Source: Octopus sinensis
Lineage: Eukaryota
Length of the DNA stretch: 64,000 nt
Assembly (NCBI RefSeq): GCF_006345805.1
Contig: NC_043007.1
Coordinates: 10,788,001 to 10,852,000 of the forward strand
Reading direction: 5' to 3'
In this document: one piece after another, positions 1 to 10,685 of the stretch
Numbering within the stretch: position 1 is the first letter of the stretch
How the letters are laid out: every line of letters starts with the position of its first letter
Position numbers and translations under genes: made by a program
Notes under the pieces: generated by a model
Databases searched by the model: none
Told to the model about the DNA's origin: nothing
Seen by the model: only the letters and a program-made list of their open reading frames with translations

Positions 1-516
1 ATTATTTTGTTTTGTCTAATGATACTGACAGAAAAAAGACTAGGGTGAGGTTTGTTTATTTGTTTGTTTGTTGTTTTTTTTTCCAGAAGTCAACATGTTT
101 ATTTATTTATATATTTATTCATTTTTTTTTTTTGTCTTGTAAAGAATATTATGTAAGCTAAAGAATAAAGACAAAAATTAATCTTTATTGTGTGCTTTGA
201 AAGAATTTTTTTTTTTCTGCTTTCTGTAGACGTCTTCTTTCAAAAATAGGAGATTTAAAACGCGTCGAAGGAAAACAGATGGAATTCTTCAAACGTAAAA
301 AAAAAAATTAAAAAAAAACAAAAAACACAGTAATATAGATTAATATTGTCTTTATTCTGCAAGTTATATAATATTTTTTTTTTTATGTTGCCTTCATGAA
401 ACAGCCCTATTGTCACTACGGCAAACACAAAGAAAGTACTCTGTTGTATAAAACAATGTAAAAGCATTTATAAGATAGAGAAACCATATGCTCTATCTGA
501 ATATATATGTGTGTAT

Positions 517-576
<60 letters not shown>

Positions 577-1020
577 GACTAAATAAATAAATGGAGTTGA
601 ACGAAGATGTTAATAAAATTCTTTTACTTTCGACATATGTTTCGAAGACAACATGGTTTTATTCCAAAGGAATAAACGGTGCAAGATGCAATCTTCTCAT
701 CAGGAACGAAAGAGAGCCTCTCTCAACAACAAAACAGTATAACAATTACGTCTTGAAACGTCAACAAGAAATGTCTTGTTGTTGAGAGATTTGGGAGCGA
801 AATGAATCTCCAGTCCATGGCTGCGTAAAAACCATTCGCTTGTATGTCCCAACGATACTAACATAAGTAAAAATTGAAATATGAATTAGAAGTAGCGCTT
901 GTGTTGTAGACATTATCGACCACGTATACATAATGCACGTGCCTTGCTCGTTTGCTGGTAGGTTGCTATTTTGGCAAGGTACTAAATAACTGTGGTACCT
1001 TAACTCCTAAGCTATTGCAG

Positions 1021-1465
1021 GGATCTTTTCGGTTTGAACGGCAGTTTTTTCTAGCGGTGTCATATGAAATTGTCACCCATAATTATGACCCTAATATCGA
1101 TCTATTGCATTTCAATCTGTTTTAGGGTTAGGGTTAGAGTTAGGGTTAATTAGGGTTAGGGTTAGGGGTGGGGGAAGGGTATCTTTTTTTCTTCACAAAT
1201 GTAAATAAACCCAATCTCTTTCTTAAACGAGGGACATATTCATACGGCACAGAATGCTTTTTAACTCAATAGACGTCACTGATTGGTTGAAATTGCAGAA
1301 ATTGAAGAAAAAAAACCAACAAATATCTTACAAACTATAGAATTTTCTCAATAAAGCCAAGAGAAAAAGATGTTTTATAAACACATTCTACCAGTATACG
1401 AAGTTTAAAATTTTTTAGTTACCTAGAAATTATGTTAAAAGCTGCCGTTCAAACCGAAAAGATCC
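1021..1465. mobile_element. Non-autonomous TIR element (MITE), 445 bp, 8-bp TSD, internal TTAGGG repeats
   Basis: TIR GGATCTTTTCGGTTTGAACGGCAG at 1021 and its reverse complement ending 1465; TSD TATTGCAG at 1013-1020 and 1466-1473; second copy at 33792-34218. Confidence 0.9.
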
Positions 1466-1559
1466 TATTGCAGTACGTGGTCGTCACTCTAGATGGAGTA
1501 TCTGGGACCCTTAGTGCAGTGACGTCCTGTTCGGGGGCTGATATGGCTCTCGATGCCAA

Positions 1560-2185
1560 AGTTTGGTGCCAATCCCCCCCAGGGTCCTTCATACGCCTCC
1601 ACCGGTGCCTGTGGGACAGAAGAGAGATCTCCTCGGTGACCAAAGGGCGAATCTATCAGGTCGTCGTTCGTTCTATCCGCCTCTGTGGTTGTGAAACATG
1701 ACCTATGAGGGTAGCCGATCAGCGAAGGCTGGAGGTGTTCGACAATGACTGTCTCGGCGTATTCTTCGCTGTCGACGCATTGATTGGGTTCCTACAGCCG
1801 GTCTTCGTCATCGCCTGAATCTCCGGCCCCTCCCTTCGGTGCTTCTACAACGGTGCTTAGGGTGGTTCGGTCATGCAGCCCGGCGTCCAGAGGGTGAGCT
1901 GATTCGTGATGTCCTCCCCTCCACCTCCACTCCCCAGCTGGCGCAAACGCACGGGCGGACAGCTGAAGACCTGGGCAACGACGATAAAGAAGGACCTCTC
2001 CGAACTCTCAGGTCCGCAGGTGGTCGGTCTGCGCAGATGGAACCGCGAATGGCTCGCTATCTCCAGTGACCTCGCACAGGACCGTCGAGCGTGGGCCGCC
2101 ATGGTTAGTGATGCCGTCAGGTCCAGAGAAGAAGCCGGCTCAACCCGCCCTGGGTGAACGCCGTCATAAGTACACGTACAAGTTA
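1560..2185 (+). mobile_element. RTE-clade LINE, 3' fragment of ORF2 with stops and frameshifts
   Basis: Translates to LWDRREISSVTKGRIYQVVVRSIRLCGCET*PMRVADQRRLEVFDNDCL...WFGHAARRPEG...QDRRAW, typical of the RTE post-RT region; ends in a TACAAG-like tail. Confidence 0.85.
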
Positions 2186-2229
2186 GTATACGTGTGTCGC
2201 TGCACATCGCCCCCGTCTCCGCCCCAGGG

Positions 2230-2480
2230 AGCATTTCAGTTTCCCTCGATAATATTGATGCAATCTTCCAGGTGTAGCACCGATAAACTGCCTCAAGTTC
2301 TGCTATTAAGTTGAAACTGAGGTGACACACAGCTGAGAGTAGTAGTCCAGGCGGCCGAGTACAAATGTCCTCCACAGAACCAGCATAGTTTCCGGGTATC
2401 TTGTTCTGAAGATTCTCAGAATCCATCCGGCCATTCGCCTGTACATTGCCACCATCTCGGTGTTACGAGGCGTTGTTGCT
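2230..2480 (-). mobile_element. CR1/L2-group LINE ORF2 fragment
   Basis: Minus-strand RMAGWILRIFRTRYPETMLVLWRTFVLGRLDYYSQL, then after a frameshift IAELEAVYRCYTWKI; matches the CR1-group thumb motif (ILR.F...LW..FV..RLDY.S..W...LE.VQR). Confidence 0.8.
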
Positions 2481-2629
2481 CCTATTAATCCCCAGATCAT
2501 GCATTGTACTTGACTATGGCATTGCCACTCCTTCTGGTCCAAAGTACCGTTGTTGCAGCATGTAAGCACATGCTAACTGATGTGTGTGTGTGTGTGTACA
2601 TTTGTGTGTGTGTGTGTGTGTGTGTGTGT

Positions 2630-2790
2630 AGTTCAACTTTACAGAAAACAAAAGACGAAGACAGGTGTAGGAACAACAAGCAAGCGTATTAGTTTAAGCG
2701 CTCGGGAAGAGTAGAAAAGTCGTTTACGTTTCGAGCCTACGCTCTTCGACAAAAAGGATTAAGAGGCAAAAAAGGGGACAGAATGAAAAC
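2630..2790 (-). mobile_element. Penelope-like terminal repeat remnant with degenerate hammerhead motif
   Basis: Shares GAAGAGCGTAGGCTCGAAACGTAAA and downstream sequence with the opposite-strand copy at 59610-59815. Confidence 0.55.
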
Positions 2791-3049
2791 ATTGCGTCAC
2801 AAATTATTAAAGGCATAACATTTTAAAAAATCTTATTTAAAAACTACTCGTTGGAATTCAACGAAATTTTAACAGAATCATGGCAGAACTTATTCTTTGT
2901 AAACCTTAGTATTTAATCTATCGGTCTCTTTTGGTAAACTTCCAAGTAATAGGGACGTAAACACACTAACATCGATTATCAAGCGATGGTGGCCGTGGTG
3001 GTTGTGGTAGTGGGACAAGCACAGACACATGCGCACGCATATATATAAA

Positions 3050-3230
3050 CTCTTTTACTTGCTTCAGTCATTTGACTGCGGCCATGATGGAGCACCACCT
3101 TTAGTCGAGCAAATCGACCCCAAGACTTATTCTTTGTAAGCCTAGTACTTGCCGAACCGCTAAGTTATGGGGACGTAAACACACCAAGCGATGTTGGGGG
3201 GGGACAACACAGACACAGAAATAGTTACAC

Positions 3231-3320
<90 letters not shown>

Positions 3321-3486
3321 TACGACGGGTTTCTTTCACTTTCTGTCTACCAAATCCATTCACAAGGCTTTGGTCGGCCCGAGGCTATAGTAGAAGCCAC
3401 TTGTCCAAAGTGCCACACAGTGGGACTGAACCCGGAACCATGTGGTTGGGAAGCAAGCTACTTACCACACAGCCACTTCTACGCCT
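3050..3486 (-). mobile_element. SINE family A (tRNA head, internal microsatellite, CR1-like tail)
   Basis: Matches full-length copy 45159-45586; internal (TA)n at about 3240-3320. Confidence 0.85.
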
Positions 3487-3514
3487 GATACACACACACA
3501 CACACACACACGCG

Positions 3515-3890
3515 CGACAGGCTTTTTTCAGTTTACCAAATCCACTGGCAAAGTTTTGATCGGCCCGAGACTATGGTCGAAGCCCAAAGTGCCATGCAGT
3601 GGGACTGAACCCGGAACCACGTGGTTAGGAAGCAAGCTTCTTTCCACACAGCCACACCTATATCTATGTGTGTGTGTGTGTGTGTGTCTTTGTGTCTGTG
3701 TTTGTCCCTCACCACCGCTTGACAACCGTTGTTGATGCGTTTACGTCCCCGCGACTTTGCGGTTCGGCAAAAGAAAACGATATAATGAGTACCAGGCTTT
3801 AAAAACTAAGTCCGGTGGTCGATTTGTTCGGCTGAAAATCCTTTAAGGCATGGCCCGCAGTCAAATGGTTGAAACAAGTAGAAAGTAAAG
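3515..3890. mobile_element. SINE family A fragments in both orientations
   Basis: Head fragment on minus (about 3520-3660) followed by body and tail on plus (about 3690-3890). Confidence 0.7.
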
Positions 3891-3929
3891 ATAGGAAAAG
3901 AAGGAGAGGGGGAGAGGGGGAGAGAGACA

Positions 3930-3986
3930 ATGATAGACAGACAGATAGATAGATAGATAGAGAGAGAGACAGAGACAGAGACAGAC

Positions 3987-4021
<35 letters not shown>

Positions 4022-4072
4022 TGCAGGCAGGCAGACAGACAGACAGTCAGACAGACAGACAGACAGACAGAC

Positions 4073-4117
<45 letters not shown>

Positions 4118-4218
4118 TAGATAGAGAGACAGACAGACAGATAGAGAGACAGACAGACAGACAGACAGACATGCAGGCAGGCAGGCAGGCAGGCAGACAG
4201 ACAGACAGACAGACAGAC

Positions 4219-4277
<59 letters not shown>

Positions 4278-4370
4278 CAGATAGATAAAGAGAGAAAAGA
4301 GAGAAAGAGACAATGAGAGAGAGAGAGAAAGAGAGACAGACAGACAGACACAGACAGACAGACAGAAGGA
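3930..4370. repeat. Compound (AGAC/AGAT/AG/AGGC)n microsatellite
   Basis: Directly visible; explains ORFs 3806-4384, 4021-4224 and 4047-4415. Confidence 0.95.
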
Positions 4371-4749
4371 GGTGTATGTCGCACTTGAATGTAGAAAATC
4401 CTTTACCAATTCCATTTCGAACCCGGTTCCATTAACTCACACACACACGCGCACAACGCAATCTTGGCTTTGTGTCTGTGTGTTCGTTCCATTGTAAACA
4501 CTACTTACAATAACTGCACACACGCACACTTGATCACTCCCCGTTGTTGGTCTCTTAACTGACTGACTGACTGATAGTTCAGTGTGTCTGTGTGTTCGTT
4601 CCACAAAGCTATTGCTTGCCTATGCGTGTGTGCAGCTCTCTCTCTCTCGGTCTTCCTCGCTGTGTCTGTGTGTTCGTCTTAGCGCGTATTTTCTGTCTCT
4701 TAAGCGGTCGGTATATTCTGGGTTCGATATTTGCTTATGTCTCTTTCTA

Positions 4750-5120
4750 GGTGGAGGCGCAATGGCCCAGTGGTTGGGGCAGCGGACTCGCGGTTTCGAT
4801 TCCCAGACCGGGCATTGTGAGTGTTTACTGAGCGAAAACGCCTAAAGCTTCACAAGGCTCCTGCAGGGGGTGGTGGTGAACCCTGCTGTACTCATTCACC
4901 ACAACTTTCTCTCACTCTTTCTTCCTGTTTCTGTTGTACCTGTATTTCAACGGGCCAGCCTTGTCACACTCTGTGTCACGCTGAATCTCCTCGAGAACTA
5001 CGTTAAGGGTACACGTGTCTGTGGAGTGCTCAGCCACTTACACGTTAATTCCACGAGCAAGCTGTTCCGTTGATCTTATCAGCTGGGACCCTCATCGTCG
5101 TAACCGACGGAGTGCTTCTA
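4750..5120 (+). mobile_element. SINE family B (tRNA-derived), full length, 14-bp TSD
   Basis: A-box-like TGGCCCAGTGG, B-box-like GTTTCGATTCC; TSD TATGTCTCTTTCTA at 4736-4749 and 5121-5134; near-identical copies at 6680, 40441 and 50873. Confidence 0.92.
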
Positions 5121-5547
5121 TATGTCTCTTTCTACGAGGCAAAGAGAGAGAAAGAGACAGACAAACAGATAGAGAAACAACAGACAGGGCTTCTTTCTAC
5201 GTGGTTTTTCGACCTGCTAGGTAAGAACAAACAGCCAAGTCTCCCTCAAATCATGTTTTGTCGTTTTAGCTCGAAAACAAAAGAAAACAAAATTATGAGA
5301 ATTGTTATACAATTTGGAAGTGTTTGGTTTGATCGCAGATCTGTATGAAAGGGGCCGACAAGGGGCTAAATAACTGTAAACAATTAACGCTGTTTTATTG
5401 AAGAAGCTAGCTTTGAAAGCACGTGGTTTCAGTTTCAATTCCACCGCGCGGCATTGCGGATAAGCTTCTTACTGTCTTCAACAATAGGCCCAGGTCGACC
5501 AACGCCTTGTGAATGAATTTAGTAGAAGGAAACTGTGCAGAAGCCTG

Positions 5548-5581
<34 letters not shown>

Positions 5582-6391
5582 ATCTTTATCAGGTGATGAC
5601 CGGTGTTGGTGTGTTCCCCTCCCCTGTAACATTTGCGGTTTAGCGAATCAGATGCCATAGAATTAGATATTCCAGACTTCAAAAATAAATAACTACTGAC
5701 ATCGATTTGGCGTTGCTCCAGCATGACCGAGGTCTTCACTGAAGCAAGCAAAATATAAAAGATGTCACATCGCGTTTAAGGGGTCCACCGAATCAACTGG
5801 TTTTCTTGTGAATGCGACGGGATGGAAGAGTCATTATAGCCGACGGGTGCCTAACTAATTTTTTTTCCGATCCCTCTATGCTGTGAGTTCAAATCCCGCT
5901 GGGTGGGGGGAGGGGGTGAACTTTATCATTTATCTTTCTGGGGTCGATAAAGTAAAGTACCAGTCTAGGGCCGTGGCCAGTCGGAATTGTTCGAATGTTA
6001 GACAAATGATTTGCGGTGTTTGCTCCGGTACGTTGCACGCCGAGTTCAATACCCACTGAAGTCACCGATGCTTTACATCCTTCCAGATTCGATAAGTTAC
6101 CATTCCTTCTCCGCCACCCTCGCCCCACTTTCTCTCGAAATCGAAATGCGTCTCCTTTTGTTAAAGACAATAAGCTGATCTGTGGAACAGTTGGCTGCTA
6201 TTACTTGCAGGTCGACCAACCACATACAGTACGTCTAGTAGTAGTAGTAGTAGTAGTAGGCCTGGGATAGTTTTGCTGTTCTTGAACCCCAAGTCATCTC
6301 TGATCGAGCAGTTCTATGATCAAAAGCAATCAAGCTGTGACCATCACGTTTTATTATTATTATTATTATTATTACTTTTTCCTATAAAAGG

Positions 6392-6610
6392 TGGCAAGCT
6401 GGCGGAATCGTTAGCACGCCAGGCAAGAAGCTTAGTGACTTTTCGTTCGTCTTTCCGTTCTGAGTTCAAATTCCGCCGAGGTCGAAGGATGAAACACAGC
6501 GGTGTAAGTTTGATTGAGTGAAAGGCGGAATTTGAACCCAGAACGTAACGGCAGACGAAATACGGCTACGAATTTCGCCCGGCGTGCTAACGTTTCTGCC
6601 AGCTCGCCGC
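6392..6610. mobile_element. Two SINE family C heads in inverted orientation
   Basis: Plus-strand head at about 6392-6490 and minus-strand head at about 6525-6610. Confidence 0.75.
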
Positions 6611-6679
6611 TCAATCACTCAGTGTTAGCTTGCAAGCGGGATTTTCTTTCTTTTTTTTTACGTGGACTATGAACAGCTA

Positions 6680-7074
6680 GTGGAGGCGCAATGGCCCAGT
6701 GGTTATGGCAGCGGACTCGCGGTCATAGGATCGCGGTTTCGATTCCCAGACCGGGCGTTGTGAGTGTTTATTGAGCGAAAACACCTAAAAAAGAAAAAAG
6801 CTCCACGACGCTCCGACAGGGGATGGTGGTCATCCCTGCTGTACTCTTTCACCACAACTTTCTCTCACTCTTACTTCCTGTTTCTGTTGTACCTGTATTT
6901 CAAGGGGCCGGCCTTGTCACTCTCTGTGTCACGCTGAATATCCCCGAGAACTACGTTATGGGTGCACGTGTCTGTGGAGTGCTCAGCCACTTACACGTTA
7001 ATTTCACGTGCAGGCTGTTCCGTTGATTCGGATCAACCGGAACCCTCGTCGTCGTAACTGACGGAGTGCTTCCA
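6680..7074 (+). mobile_element. SINE family B, full length
   Basis: Aligns end to end with 4750-5120; no clear TSD. Confidence 0.9.
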
Positions 7075-7175
7075 TATGTGTTCGTCAATTTTGTTCTCTC
7101 CTTTATAAGGTTGCATGTATTTTATAAGTGAGAGGACACTGTCCAGGTAACGTCCAGGAACCGTACGGGAAATCA

Positions 7176-7242
7176 CTGACGAGGACCACATAAGGTTCGT
7201 TTGACAGCGTGCAGAATCAAGACCGTCCGAAAGCTTTCGCTC
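7176..7242 (+). ncRNA. Hammerhead-ribozyme-like core, stem I missing
   Basis: CTGACGA (7176-7182), GGAC...GTCC, GAAA (7229-7232), GC-TTTC-GC, TC; a SINE A tail starts at about 7240. Confidence 0.4.
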
Positions 7243-7630
7243 TTTTGCTTGTTTCAGTCGTTTGACTGCGGCCATGCTGGAGCACCGCCTTCAGTCGATC
7301 GAGAAAGTCGACCCCAGGACTTATTCTTTGTAAGCCTAGTACTTATTCTATCGGTCTCTTTTGCCGAAACGCCAGGTTACGGGGACGTAAACGCACCAGC
7401 ATCGGTTGTCAAGTGATGTTGGGGGGCGGGACAAACACACACACACACACATACATATATATGTACATATATACGACGGGCTTCTTTCAGTTTCCGTCTA
7501 CCAAATCCACTCACAAGGTTTTGGTCGGCCTGAGGCTATAGTAGAAGACACTTGCCCAAGGTGCCACGCAGTGGGACTGAACCCGGAACCATGTGGTTAG
7601 TAAGCAAGCTACTTACCACACAGCCACTCC
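7240..7630 (-). mobile_element. SINE family A
   Basis: Matches 45159-45586 in reverse complement. Confidence 0.88.
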
Positions 7631-7669
7631 TTATAAGTATACTTTATTTAAAGCAGCAGAAAATTCAAC

Positions 7670-7717
7670 AAAACCTGTTACTCTGAGTTTCCCGTTGCCG
7701 TTCGTCGGACAGTTTTT
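7670..7717 (-). ncRNA. Type I hammerhead ribozyme candidate (U4C variant) in a Penelope-like repeat
   Basis: Minus strand: AAAAACTGT-CCGACGA-ACGGCAACGG-GAAA-CTC-A-GAG-TA-ACAGGTTTT; stems I, II and III all form. Confidence 0.6.
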
Positions 7718-7960
7718 GCTAGCAAATAAATCATATTACTCTACCACTAGTATTTGAGTACTCTTTTTTCCACCTTGTTTTCCATTTATGTGTTTACTCC
7801 GGTATATATAAGTATATATATATTAAATGTGTGAAATTGTTATGATCCTTTAAACGCTAACTGATGAAGGAAGATTTAGCGACATTCTCTGCGTGTATTT
7901 TCCGTATAATTTTTCAACACACCCACATATAGTGTTGTGTCTCGAATGAGTAGTTATACC

Positions 7961-8557
7961 TGTTTCTTTATTACCCACAAGGGGCTAAACATAGAGGGGA
8001 CAAACAAGGACAGACATAGGTATTAAGTCGATTACATCGACCCCAGTGCGTAACTGGTACTTAATTTATCGACCCCAAAAGGATGAAAGGCAAAATCGAC
8101 CTCGGCAGAATTTGAACCCAGAACGTAGCGGCAGACGAAATACCTATTTCTTTATTACCCACAAGGGGCTAAACATAGAGGGGACAAACAAGGACAGACA
8201 TAGGTATTAAGTCGATTACATCGACTCCAGTGCGTAACTGGTACTTAATTTATCGACCCCAAAAGGATGAAAGGCAAAATCGACCTCGGCAGAATTTGAA
8301 CCCAGAACGTAGCGGCAGACGAAATACCTATTTCTTTATTACCCACAAGGGGCTAAACATAGAGGGGACAAACAAGGACAGACATAGGTATTAAGTCGAT
8401 TACATCGACTCCAGTGCGTAACTGGTACTTAATTTATCGACCCCGAAAGGATGAAAGGCAAAGTCGACCTCGGCGGAATTTGAATTGAGAACGTATAACG
8501 GCAGCCGAAATACGGCTACGCATTTCGCCCGGCGCGCTAACGTTTCTGCCAGCTCGC
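7961..8557 (-). mobile_element. SINE family C trimer (3 x 184-bp body, one head), 15-bp TSD
   Basis: TTTCTTTATTACC recurs at 7963, 8147 and 8331; TSD ATGAGTAGTTATACC at 7946-7960 and 8558-8572; central GTCGACTTTGCCTTTCATCC...GGTCGATAAA block recalls the MetaSINE domain (from memory). Confidence 0.9.
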
Positions 8558-9334
8558 ATGAGTAGTTATACCAATAATAAACACACGCACTACTTCAATC
8601 TCGTTATTATTCGTCAGTTGGTTAGCTATTTAACCAAATAATTAATCAAATGTTTGATTCGTTCGATCAATCATTCGGTTACTCAGTCAATCAATCAGCT
8701 TCGTTTGTCGAAGTTCCTTCATCGTCATTCGCAACGTTTACAATGCCATGCTCTCTCTCTGCTGCAGGTCAGTTTCAGATCTCTACTTTGACAAACGCTG
8801 CTGGTTGACTGAATTGACCTGAATGATTGACCAGATTAATCAGACAGTATTTGGTTAATTAGCCAGCCAATTGAATTATTTAAAGCAGTGAAAAATATAA
8901 GCAGTGCGTGTGTTTATTATTGACATAATGACGTTCCCGTGATTATATCAAAATCTGTTTCAACGCGCGTTCGCATCAAGAATCTTGCAAAACATACACG
9001 AAAATCATATATATATATATATATGATGTGTGTGTGTGTGACTTGCTTCAGTGAAGACCTCGGTCATACTGGAGCAGCGCCAAATCGATATCAGTAGGTA
9101 TTTTACTCTTACTCTTTAACTCTTTTACTTATTTCAGTCATTTGACTGTGGCCATGCTGGAGCACCGCCTTTAGTCGATCGAGAAAGTCGACCCCCGGGA
9201 TTTATTCTTTGTAAGCCTAGCACTTATTTTATCGGTCTCTTCTGCCGAAACGCTAAGTTACGGGGAAGGTAAACACACCAGCATCGGTTGTCAAGCCATG
9301 CCGGGGCGACAAACACAAATACTCTTACTAACAT

Positions 9335-9711
9335 AGGTGTAGACATGGCTGGGTGGTTAAGAAGCTTACTTCGCAACAATATGGTTTTGGGTTCAGTCCT
9401 ACAGCGTGGCATCTCGGACAAGTGTCTTTTGCTATGGCCTCTGGTCAACCAAGGCCTTCTCATTGAATTTTATACACGAATGCTATTTAGGATCTGGTCT
9501 TGTGTGTATGTATATACATGTATAATGTATGTATGTATGTATGTATGTATGTATGTATGTATGTATATATGTATGTATGTATGTATGTATATATGTATAT
9601 GTGTATTTATATATGTATGTATGTATATATGTATGCATGTATGTATATATGTATGCATGTATGTATGTATGTATGCATGTATGTATATATGTATGTATGC
9701 ATGTATGTATG

Positions 9712-9745
<34 letters not shown>

Positions 9746-9783
9746 TGTATGTATGCATGCATGTATGTATGTATGCATGTATG

Positions 9784-9817
<34 letters not shown>

Positions 9818-10140
9818 TGTATGTATGTATGCATGCATGTATGTATGTATATATGTATGTATGCATGTATGTATATATGTATGCATGTATGTATATATGT
9901 ATGTATGCATGTATGTATATATGCATGTATGTATGTATGTATGTATGTATGCATGCATGTATGTATGTATGTATGTATGCATGTATGTATATATGTATAT
10001 ATACATGTATGTATGTATGCATGCATGTATGTATGTAGTTCTCCCACCAACAAAATGTACTGGGGTCGATTTGTTGGACTACAAAGTTCAAGTCGGTGGC
10101 TCCAGCATGACCGCAGTGCAGTGATCAATGCAAATAAAAA
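9335..10140 (+). mobile_element. Diverged SINE family A with about 520 bp internal (TATG)n expansion
   Basis: tRNA-like head at about 9335-9410, microsatellite at about 9520-10036, tail GGCTCCAGCATGACCGCAG at about 10100. Confidence 0.75.
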
Positions 10141-10477
10141 ATAAAATAAAACATAAAAAGCATGCTTGCATCCATAAACAAATTGTACACTGTGTCCTTT
10201 CCTTTTAAGACAGTTAGCTAAGTAACTTGAGGAAATACGGCTGCTATTTCTAGCTGGGTGAACGACCGTGTAAGTGTAAGGTAAGCTAGGCTGCCTTACT
10301 AGCTGGTTTCCTGAGTAAAGGCAACGTTACGTTTCAACGTATGTTTGTAGTAAAACTCCACCACCCATCCCTAGCGAAAGAGAGGAGCCAAGTTTAGAAG
10401 CGCGGGAATGTTGTCAATGAAAGGGTCAGTCAGACGATCTAACTGTGACACGAAACGAACTAGAACCGTTCTTTTTT

Positions 10478-10508
<31 letters not shown>

Positions 10509-10685
10509 ATCTGTGTGTTTGAGCCTGTGTGTATGTGTCAATGTTAGTGTGTTTCGTGGTGAAATAGAAGGAAAACGAAGCCTAGTTTTCGACACCTAGG
10601 CTGTACCGTCTATTGTTAATGTCAGCAGAAATGCATCTACTAAATATAACGTGGCTGCCCCGACTGCTAGAAATAACAGCCAAAT

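Noticed and set aside
271-286. 16-mer GAAAACAGATGGAATT shared with about 63284-63299
   Set aside because: Flanks do not align colinearly; chance or a tiny repeat remnant.
255-785. ORFs 255-467 (-) and 591-785 (+)
   Set aside because: No recognisable domain or convincing splice context; poly-A/T-derived composition.
719-789. 14-bp inverted repeat TCTCTCAACAACAA/TTGTTGTTGAGAGA as a pre-miRNA
   Set aside because: Stem only about 18 bp with a large, poorly paired interior, and low-complexity arms.
4750-4830. tRNA genes at SINE heads (also 6680, 40441, 50873, 45159)
   Set aside because: No acceptor stem or proper cloverleaf; they continue into SINE bodies with TSDs.
7961-8557. CRISPR-like array, also considered for 10686-11270
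   Set aside because: Whole units are repeated with no unique spacers; eukaryotic context, no cas genes.
9288-10144. Long MYVC/HTYI-type ORFs here and at 36350, 47460, 55840, 59750, 61650 and 62840
   Set aside because: Translations of microsatellites, open in several frames.
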